A stretch of DNA of 64,000 bases from Vicinamibacterales bacterium. GTDB taxonomy: Bacteria; Acidobacteriota; Vicinamibacteria; Vicinamibacterales; UBA2999. The translations under genes were made by a program, and so were the position numbers. Where the stretch lies: NCBI GenBank assembly GCA_050250875.1, contig JBFWNV010000001.1, positions 1,619,891 to 1,683,890 of the forward strand, written 5' to 3'. A model generated the notes under the pieces. That model did no database searches, had not been told where the DNA came from, and saw nothing but the letters and a program-made list of their open reading frames with translations. Shown one piece after another: positions 17,414-24,363 of the stretch (its first letter is position 1; every line of letters begins with the position of its first letter).

Positions 17414-18676
17414 ATGAACAGGCACCTGCGGTCGTACTCGTTCGTCTTGTGCGCGGTGCTGTTGCCCCTGGCAGGACCCGCCGCTTCGATGGCGCAGCAG
17501 GGCCTCAACGCCGGCCCGTCGTCCGAGCTGGTGATGACCCCGACCGGAGAGGTGGTCGGGCCGATCGATCTGGTGACGGCGATCAACCGCTTTCCGCTGG
17601 TCGAGGGCCCCCGTCCGGCCAGAGATATGGTCCCGGGTTGGACCGTGCCCGCCAAGATCGTCGTCAACGTCGACCGGCCCGAGCGGACGCCGTGGCTCCA
17701 GGCGGCGATGCCGCCGGGAGTGACTGTGGTGGGCGTGGCCAACAACCTGGAGAACCAGAAGCACTGGCCAGACGCCGACGCCATCGTCCTCGTCAGCGGC
17801 GCCTGCGGGCTGGAGCACGGGGAAAGCGACGCCGACATGTTCAAGCGCGCCCCGAAGCTCAAGTGGATCCACTCGTCGTCGGGCGGCACCGATCAGTGCG
17901 CATCGGCGACCGAGATCAGGACCGGCAAGATCCTGCTGACCAACAGCCAGAAGGTCAAGAACGACGGTTTGTCGGAGAGCGCTTTCGGCTTCATCTTCGC
18001 GCTGGCGCGCAACGCCGAGGTCGCCTGGGGCAATGCCCAGGGCGGCGCCTTCGGCACGGTTCGGCCGACCCGTCCGGCCAAGTCGCTGCACGGGGCGACC
18101 ATGATCGTCGTCGGCCTGGGCGGCGCCGGCACCGAAATCGCCCGGCTGGCGCACGAATTTGGCATGACGGTGATCGCGACGCGCGCTTCCAGTCGCGAAG
18201 GTCCGCCATTTGTCGAATACGTCGGGCTGGCCCCCGAGCTCCCCAACCTGATCGGCCGCGCCGACATCGTGGTGATTGCCGCGCCGCTGACGCCCGACAC
18301 CAGGGGCCTGTTCAACGCCGAGATGTTCTCGAAGATGAAGCGCGGTGGCATGCTGGTGAACTTCTCGCGGGCCGAAATCGTGGTGCCCGACGATCTGGCG
18401 GCCGCGCTGAGGGACGGGCGCGTTGGCAGCGCCGGGTTGGACTGGGCTTCGGAGCACCCGCTGCCGCCCAGCTCGCCACTCTGGAAGTCGCCGAACCTGA
18501 TGCTCACTGGTTCGCGGGAAACGCCGCGCAGCACCCGTTCCGGCGGCCGCCAGACTAGCAATCCGATCGCGCAGCGCGACGAGGAGCTGCGCTGGGTCCT
18601 GGTGCGGGAGAACATGCGCCGCTACGCCGCCGGCGAGAAGCTTTACTCGGTCTTCGATCCCAAGCGTGGCTACTGA
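17414..18676 (+). CDS. Signal-peptide-bearing D-2-hydroxyacid-dehydrogenase-like protein
   Basis: Track ORF 17270..18676 trimmed to MNRHLRSYSFVLCAVLLPLAGPAASMAQQ (Sec-type signal). It has the Rossmann motif VGLGGAGTEIARLAHEFGMTVIATR. The family-typical C-terminus ENMRRYAAGEKLYSVFDPKRGY is also present. Confidence 0.75.
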   Translation: MNRHLRSYSFVLCAVLLPLAGPAASMAQQGLNAGPSSELVMTPTGEVVGPIDLVTAINRFPLVEGPRPARDMVPGWTVPAKIVVNVDRPERTPWLQAAMPPGVTVVGVANNLENQKHWPDADAIVLVSGACGLEHGESDADMFKRAPKLKWIHSSSGGTDQCASATEIRTGKILLTNSQKVKNDGLSESAFGFIFALARNAEVAWGNAQGGAFGTVRPTRPAKSLHGATMIVVGLGGAGTEIARLAHEFGMTVIATRASSREGPPFVEYVGLAPELPNLIGRADIVVIAAPLTPDTRGLFNAEMFSKMKRGGMLVNFSRAEIVVPDDLAAALRDGRVGSAGLDWASEHPLPPSSPLWKSPNLMLTGSRETPRSTRSGGRQTSNPIAQRDEELRWVLVRENMRRYAAGEKLYSVFDPKRGY

Positions 18677-18704
18677 CGGCTGCGTCTACTGACGAGGGCC
18701 CGGC

Positions 18705-20051
18705 ATGAGTTCGTTCTCCCAACGCGTGTTCAACGTGCATGCCGACGAGGTGGCGCCTCTAGCAGTGGCGACGCTCTACTTTTTCTTCGTCCTCACCGCC
18801 CTGATGGTGCTGCGACCGGCGCGTGACGCGCTCGGAATGAGAAGCGGGCTCGACGCCATCCGCTGGCTGTTCATCGGCACGGCGGCGGTGACGCTGGCGG
18901 TCAATCCGCTGTTCGGGTGGCTGGTCAGCCGCTTCCGGCGCCTCGTCTTCATCACCGCCACCTATGCATTCTTCGCCCTGAGCCTGGTCGGCTTCTACGC
19001 GCTCATCACGATGGCGCCGGCCGCCGTCGGCGAGATCAGCGGCAGGGTGTTCTACGTGTGGTTCAGCGTCTTCAACCTGTTCAGCACGATGGTCTTCTGG
19101 GCGCTGATGGCCGACCGCTTCACGCTCGAGCAGAGCAAGCGGATCTTCGGCGTCATCGCCGTCGGCGGGACGCTCGGCGCCATTGTCGGGCCGTGGCTGG
19201 CGAGTGTGCTGGTCGGGCCGCTGGGAACAGCGGCGATGCTGCTGGTCTCGGCGACGTTCCTGTTCCTGGCGATCGTCGCGGCTTGGGGCGTGGCCTGGCT
19301 GCGCCCGGAACGGACGGCCGAAGCTCAGCGCAGCGGCCCGGTGGAGCCGGCCATCGACAGCGCCGTTATCGGTGGCAACGCCTGGGCGGGCATCGGCGCG
19401 GTGTTCCGGTCGCGCTACCTGCTCGGCATCTCGGTCTACGTACTGGTGATGACCGTGACCGCCACGTTCATCTACTTCACCCGCCTGCAGATGGTCGCCG
19501 CCCTCGGCGCCGACACGGACATGCGGGCGACGGTGTTCGCGCAGATCGACCTCATCACACAGGTGGCGACGCTGGTGCTGCAGGCAGTGGTGACCGGGCA
19601 TCTGATGAGGCGGCTCGGCGTCGCGGTGGCGCTGGCGATCTTGCCGGTGGTCGTTTCGCTGGGGTTCGTCGGGCTGGCCATCGCCGGCTCCTTCGCTGTG
19701 CTCGTCCTGTTCGACGCGACGTTCCGGGCGATTCAACGGGCCATCACCCGGCCGGCTCGGGAGACGCTGTTCACGGTCGTCACGCGGGAAGAGAAGTACA
19801 AGTCGAAGGCGTTCACCGACACCTTCGTCTACCGCGGCGGCGATGTCATCGGCGCCTGGACCGAAGGCTGGCTGGGGCAACTCGGCATGGCGCTGGCCGG
19901 ATTGGCGGCACTGGCGGTACCGCTGGCAGCGTCCTGGGCGGTTTTGGGACTGTGGCTGGGTCGCGCGCAACGTCGGCTGGCCAGCGGCGACCTCCCGGCG
20001 GCGGGCGCCGCCGCGCCAGCCGCCATTCCTGAACAGGCCACCGCGCCGTGA
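18705..20051 (+). CDS. Polytopic carrier, ATP/ADP-translocase-like (TLC/Npt) branch of MFS-fold transporters
   Basis: Track ORF, 448 aa, with about 12 hydrophobic segments. The N-terminus VAPLAVATLYFFFVLTALMVLRPARDALG resembles TLC/Npt-type carriers. This is a family-level call only. Confidence 0.65.
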   Translation: MSSFSQRVFNVHADEVAPLAVATLYFFFVLTALMVLRPARDALGMRSGLDAIRWLFIGTAAVTLAVNPLFGWLVSRFRRLVFITATYAFFALSLVGFYALITMAPAAVGEISGRVFYVWFSVFNLFSTMVFWALMADRFTLEQSKRIFGVIAVGGTLGAIVGPWLASVLVGPLGTAAMLLVSATFLFLAIVAAWGVAWLRPERTAEAQRSGPVEPAIDSAVIGGNAWAGIGAVFRSRYLLGISVYVLVMTVTATFIYFTRLQMVAALGADTDMRATVFAQIDLITQVATLVLQAVVTGHLMRRLGVAVALAILPVVVSLGFVGLAIAGSFAVLVLFDATFRAIQRAITRPARETLFTVVTREEKYKSKAFTDTFVYRGGDVIGAWTEGWLGQLGMALAGLAALAVPLAASWAVLGLWLGRAQRRLASGDLPAAGAAAPAAIPEQATAP

Positions 20052-20110
20052 CCCGGCGCTCGAGCACTACGACCACGAGTCAGCGATTCGACACGGAAGG
20101 GGATGAGGCC

Positions 20111-21424
20111 ATGAAGGAAGTCCTGGAAGCCTGGGAACACAAGCGCGACGTGATGGCGAAGGACCTGGAGTACCAGGAGTACCGAAAGCGCTACAAGAAG
20201 GACCTCGAATACTTCTCGACCAGCGGCAAGGTGTTCTCGCGGCGCACGCTGGGCCGGCTGGCCTTCGGCGGAGCGGCCGCCGCGGCCGTGCTCGGGAACA
20301 TGCGTGCCCTCAACGCCGCGGCCAACGATGTCCTCGCCGACGGCACCGGCGTGAAGCTCTGTCATCGTCCGCTCGGCAACAGCATCAACCCCACCGCCGA
20401 CGATGTCCGCTTCATCAAAGAGGTCGGCTTCAAGTGGTGCTACGGCAACGGGCGCGCCAGGGACGGCAACTTCCTCTCGGTCGACGAGCAGAAGGCCGCC
20501 AAGAAGCGCTACACCGACGCCGGCCTCATCCTGCACAACATCCGCTACATCCTTGGCGGCAAGGGCAACTATGCCCTCAACACCCTGCTGCTCGACCTGC
20601 CGGGCCGCGCCGAGGCGGCCGAGCACCTCAAGCAGTTCATTCGGGCGACCGGAAAGAACGGCGCCGGATTCGACTATACCGGCTCGCGCTTGATGATCAC
20701 CGGCGTCTGGAGCAGCGGGCAGGTGGAGGGCCGCGGCGGCTCGAAGACGCGCCGGTTCGATCCCGCCTCGCCGGACGTCCGCGCCAGCGACTACCTGGGC
20801 GTACTCGACAAGGCTCCGAGACCCGCGTCCGGGCTGAACTCGCTGTATTGGGGCCGCCAGTACAAGTACGAAGAGGTCATGGCCAACTTCAAGAATCACT
20901 TCGTGAAGGAGATCGTGCCGGTCCTCGAGGAAGAGGGCGTCTTCATCGCGTTCCACGGCCCCGACGATCCGCCGGTGTTCGAGAGCCTTGGCGGGGTGTC
21001 GCGCGTGCTGTCCAACTACGAGCGTATCAAGGCGATGTTCGCGGCGGCCAACAGCGCCAACGTCGGCATCCAGTTCTGCGCCGGCAGCTGGAACGAAGGC
21101 GGGCCGCTGATGGGCAAGGACATCCTCGAGGCGCTGAAGGAGTTCGCGGCAGCCAAGAAGTACCGCGAAATCCACTACCGCAACGTCACGAGCCCGCCGG
21201 TCAACGGACAGCCGAAGTTCGACGAGGCGATGGTTGACTCCGGTTACTACGACTACTACAAGATCATGAAGACGGTGGTCGACATCGGATGGGACGGCTT
21301 GGTCCATCTCGACCACTCGCCGGACATGGTCGGGGCGCCATACAGCTACCCGGCCTTCGCCGCCGGCTACATGCAGGCCGCGCTCGCCCGCGCCAAGAGC
21401 TCACCGAAGGGCCAGCTCACTTAG
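20111..21424 (+). CDS. Tat-signal mannonate-dehydratase (UxuA)-like TIM-barrel protein, paralog 2
   Basis: Track ORF 20048 trimmed to ATG 20111 (GGAAGGGGA upstream). A twin-arginine motif FSRRTLGRLAFGGAAAAAVLG begins at about residue 42. IAFHGPDDPP, EIHYRNV and VHLDHSPDM parallel UxuA motifs. An alternative start is GTG 20231. Confidence 0.75.
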   Translation: MKEVLEAWEHKRDVMAKDLEYQEYRKRYKKDLEYFSTSGKVFSRRTLGRLAFGGAAAAAVLGNMRALNAAANDVLADGTGVKLCHRPLGNSINPTADDVRFIKEVGFKWCYGNGRARDGNFLSVDEQKAAKKRYTDAGLILHNIRYILGGKGNYALNTLLLDLPGRAEAAEHLKQFIRATGKNGAGFDYTGSRLMITGVWSSGQVEGRGGSKTRRFDPASPDVRASDYLGVLDKAPRPASGLNSLYWGRQYKYEEVMANFKNHFVKEIVPVLEEEGVFIAFHGPDDPPVFESLGGVSRVLSNYERIKAMFAAANSANVGIQFCAGSWNEGGPLMGKDILEALKEFAAAKKYREIHYRNVTSPPVNGQPKFDEAMVDSGYYDYYKIMKTVVDIGWDGLVHLDHSPDMVGAPYSYPAFAAGYMQAALARAKSSPKGQLT

Positions 21425-21511
21425 TACGCCACCGGGGCCGGCGGCGCCGTCACGCGCTGCCGGCGCCCTGTCCGGTCAGCACGGCCCCATCGATCACGGA
21501 GACGCGAGCGC

Positions 21512-23371
21512 ATGAGCAAGCGGCAGAAGCGCGCAGTCAGCCGGCGCGCGTTCATCAACCAGAGCGCCGCCGCCGGGCTGGGAGCGGCGGCGCTGGCCGG
21601 TGCGGCGACCGAGGCCGGCGCGCAGCCGAGGCGTCAGTGGGATCTCGAAGCCGACGTCGTCGTCATCGGCTCCGGCGCCACCGGCCTTCCGGCGGCAATC
21701 CGCGCCAGGGACAAAGGCGCCTCGGTGATCGTCGTCGAGGCCAACTACGACGTCGGTGGCCACGGCATCCTCAGCGGCGGGAGTCTGCCGCTCGGCGGCG
21801 GCACCAGCTGGCAGAAGCAGCACGGCATCGAAGACTCCCCCGACCAGGTGTTCAAGGATCTGACCGACTGGTCGGTGGTCCTGCCCCACGGCATCGCCGA
21901 CTATCGCTACAACGATCGCGAGGTGCAGCGCGCCTTCGCTGACAACTGCGCAGCGACGTTCGAGTTCCTGATCGCCAACGGCATCGTCGTCAGGCCACCG
22001 GCCTTCGACTCGGGTTCGGTGGGGATCTCGGCGCTGCGGATGTGCGCGCCGGTGCTCGAAGGCGTCAACGTCCCTGGCCCGATGAGCCCGGGCGGCGGTC
22101 GCGGCGCCGCCAACATCAGGCCGCTCGAGGCCAGCGCGCGCAAGAAGGGCGTCCGCTTCCTGCTGAACTACCACATGGACCGGCTGTTCAGGGAGAGCCC
22201 GACCGCTGGCCGGGTGCTCGGCCTCGAAGCCAGCTACAGGCCGCGCTTCCTCCCCGGGTCGACGACGCGCCTGGAGAGCTATCGATCCGAAGGCAATATC
22301 GCCCTCACCCGGCCGACCGTCTCGGTGCGGGCCCGCAAGGCGGTAATCATCGCCAGCGGCGGCAGCTCGAGCAACGCCAACTTCCGGAGAATCTTCGATC
22401 CTCGGCTCACCGAGGAGCATCAGACCGGGGGCGAACCCTATTCGTTCCAGGACGCCAGCGGCGAGCTCGCCGCGATGGCCATCGGCGCGTCGCTGTGGGC
22501 GACGGCGAATGCGTTCGAACGGCGCCGCGTCATCATGAAACGCAACGTCGTCGGCTCGCAGTACACCTACACGCAGTGGGGACCGAAGAGCCCGCTGTTC
22601 CCGTTCTCGCGCGCCAGCGGCATCAACCTCGGCATCGCCGGCTGGGAGCACGTCATCAGCGTGAACCAGGTCGGCAAGCGGTTCTGCGATGAAACGCACG
22701 GCGAGTTGCCGGACGGCACCGGCTACAACTCCATCGACGGCTACGTCCACGGCAGTTTCAGGAACACCAGAGCCAAGCCCCACGCCAATGCCGACGGCGT
22801 GAAGCAGGAGCGGCCGCTCTATGTGCACGCCGCGCTGGCGTTGAACGAAGGCTCCCAGGCCCCCGACTATGCGGCCGGTCCGGTGTGGGTGATCTTCGAC
22901 GCCGACGCGGTGGCGCGCCGGAAGTGGAACGTGGAGCCGCCGTTCGTCGACAAGGAACACGGCTACTTCTTCGCCGCCGACACGCTCGAGGAGCTGGCGC
23001 GCGGGCTGACCAGGAACACGTACCAGAAGGTGCCAATGCCGCCGGCCAATCTCGTCGCCACGGTCGCCCGCTACAACTCGTTCGTCGACCTGGGCAAGGA
23101 CGAGGACTTTGAGAAGCCCGGCCCCAAGCACAAAATCCAGACCCCGCCGTTCTACGCGGCGTGGGGCACGCCGATCTGCCACGACACGGTGACCGGGCTG
23201 CGCATCAACGGCAAGTGCCAGGTCATCGACCTGCACGGCCACGTCATTCCCGGCCTCTACTGCGGTGGTGAGTCGGCGGGGGGCAGCAACCAACACGGCT
23301 GGGGCCGCTGTTCGTGCCAGGGTTACATCTCCGGCGGCAACGCCGCCGACGAGGTGGCGCCCGGCCGCTAG
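21512..23371 (+). CDS. Tat-exported FAD-dependent oxidoreductase (FAD_binding_2 / fumarate-reductase-flavoprotein-like)
   Basis: Track ORF, 619 aa. MSKRQKRAVSRRAFINQSAAAGLGAAALAGA is a twin-arginine signal, and DVVVIGSGATGLPAAIRA is the dinucleotide fold. Confidence 0.85.
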   Translation: MSKRQKRAVSRRAFINQSAAAGLGAAALAGAATEAGAQPRRQWDLEADVVVIGSGATGLPAAIRARDKGASVIVVEANYDVGGHGILSGGSLPLGGGTSWQKQHGIEDSPDQVFKDLTDWSVVLPHGIADYRYNDREVQRAFADNCAATFEFLIANGIVVRPPAFDSGSVGISALRMCAPVLEGVNVPGPMSPGGGRGAANIRPLEASARKKGVRFLLNYHMDRLFRESPTAGRVLGLEASYRPRFLPGSTTRLESYRSEGNIALTRPTVSVRARKAVIIASGGSSSNANFRRIFDPRLTEEHQTGGEPYSFQDASGELAAMAIGASLWATANAFERRRVIMKRNVVGSQYTYTQWGPKSPLFPFSRASGINLGIAGWEHVISVNQVGKRFCDETHGELPDGTGYNSIDGYVHGSFRNTRAKPHANADGVKQERPLYVHAALALNEGSQAPDYAAGPVWVIFDADAVARRKWNVEPPFVDKEHGYFFAADTLEELARGLTRNTYQKVPMPPANLVATVARYNSFVDLGKDEDFEKPGPKHKIQTPPFYAAWGTPICHDTVTGLRINGKCQVIDLHGHVIPGLYCGGESAGGSNQHGWGRCSCQGYISGGNAADEVAPGR

Positions 23372-23410
23372 GACGCCGCGCGGCCTGGCCGCCGGCCGAG
23401 GAGACAGCCG

Positions 23411-24064
23411 ATGGTCCAGAGGCACGGCCAGACGGCACCGCACGCGCCCAGCATCGCCGTCTGGGACGTTCCGTCGCCGGTGGTGGCAGGACGTCCGTTC
23501 ACGCTGAAGGTAGGGGTGACGTGCTCGGCGCGCTGTCAGCTGGCGCAGCACCCGGTCGCCGTCCGCGACGAGAGCGGAGCCACCGTCGGCCGAGGGCACC
23601 TCGGTGCGCAGCCGTGGGCTGGCACCGAGGCCCTGTACTGGGCCGACGTCGACCTCGTGGCCCCGATGGCGACCGGGCTGACGCGCTGGGCCGCCGGTGT
23701 GTCCGGCCACGCGATGGACGAGGCCCACGACGATGCCGCGACGCCTTTCACGTTCGTCACTGTCGCGCCTCCTGCACACCAGGTGACGATCACGGTCACC
23801 GGCGCCGGCACGACGGCACCGATCGGCGGCGCGGACGTCCGCCTGGGCCCCTACCGGGCGGTCACTGACTTCGACGGCGTAGCGACGGTGGACGTGGCCG
23901 CCGGCACCTACGAGCTCGGCATCTGCGCTGACGGCTACGTGGCGCCCGCCGTGACGCTCGACGTGACCGCCGATGTCGCGGTCGTCGTCGACGCCGTGAA
24001 GACTCTTTCTGCCGCCGAGCAGGACGAGCAGTTCGAACGCTGGGAAGCGAGCCAGTGGGGATGA
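23411..24064 (+). CDS. Hypothetical protein with C-terminal carboxypeptidase-regulatory-like (prealbumin-fold) segment
   Basis: Track ORF, 217 aa, GC3-biased, 40 nt after the FAD oxidoreductase gene. I saw no signal peptide. VTITVTGAGTTAPIGGADVRLGPYRAVTDFDGVATVDVAAGTYELGICADGY resembles CarboxypepD_reg-type domains. I do not recognise the N-terminal half. Confidence 0.5.
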   Translation: MVQRHGQTAPHAPSIAVWDVPSPVVAGRPFTLKVGVTCSARCQLAQHPVAVRDESGATVGRGHLGAQPWAGTEALYWADVDLVAPMATGLTRWAAGVSGHAMDEAHDDAATPFTFVTVAPPAHQVTITVTGAGTTAPIGGADVRLGPYRAVTDFDGVATVDVAAGTYELGICADGYVAPAVTLDVTADVAVVVDAVKTLSAAEQDEQFERWEASQWG

Positions 24065-24172
24065 GGCCGTTCGCATCGCCCTTCGACGCGGCCGCGACGA
24101 TGCGTGCGTGCTGCGCACGGCTACCGGGCCGCCCCGGCCGTCGGCGCCTCGGATCCGCGCATTTCCGGCCCA

Positions 24173-24194
24173 TACCCGCTTCAGGTTATTGACG
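24173..24194 (+). promoter_or_regulatory. Copy E of 7-2-7 site with -35 box for the TonB-dependent receptor
   Basis: TACCCGCTTCAGGTTA-TTGACG. A -10-like TTAGCT lies at 24212-24217, about 150 nt upstream of ATG 24364. Confidence 0.5.
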
Positions 24195-24363
24195 GAGTGG
24201 TGCCGTGACCGTTAGCTTCCGATGCCGCGGCAGCATCGTACCGACCTTGACAGGCCGGTAGTGCGGCTCGCCGAGCGATGTCACAGGTGAGGAGGGTCCC
24301 TTGGTGTTCTCGAGTGAGCGGGTGCACGCGGCGAAGCGACCGACAACGAACGAGGTGGCCAAC

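Noticed and set aside
17227-17889. 221-codon upstream extension of the sensor kinase ORF
   Set aside because: The sequence is low-complexity, overlaps the start of the plus-strand operon and crosses 7-2-7 copy D. The signal/TM segment follows Met222.
18494-18558. Frameshift hypothesis restoring a catalytic His (alternative frame reads DAHWFAGNAAQH)
   Set aside because: The alternative frame overlaps the same nucleotides that encode the family-typical SPNLMLT in the main frame, so both cannot be ancestral. The main frame also continues to the conserved C-terminus. I kept this as a loss-of-His finding, pending resequencing.
21494-24118. 874-aa ORF on the minus strand
   Set aside because: It runs antisense to the Tat FAD oxidoreductase and the following gene, both of which have clear motifs. 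Its translation is Arg/Ala/Gly/Pro-rich low complexity with no motif. This is the typical shadow frame of GC-rich DNA.
24195-24363. Possible riboswitch or attenuator in the 170-nt leader of the 24364 receptor
   Set aside because: I found only short, unremarkable hairpins (for example GATGC...GCATC) and no recognisable riboswitch core.
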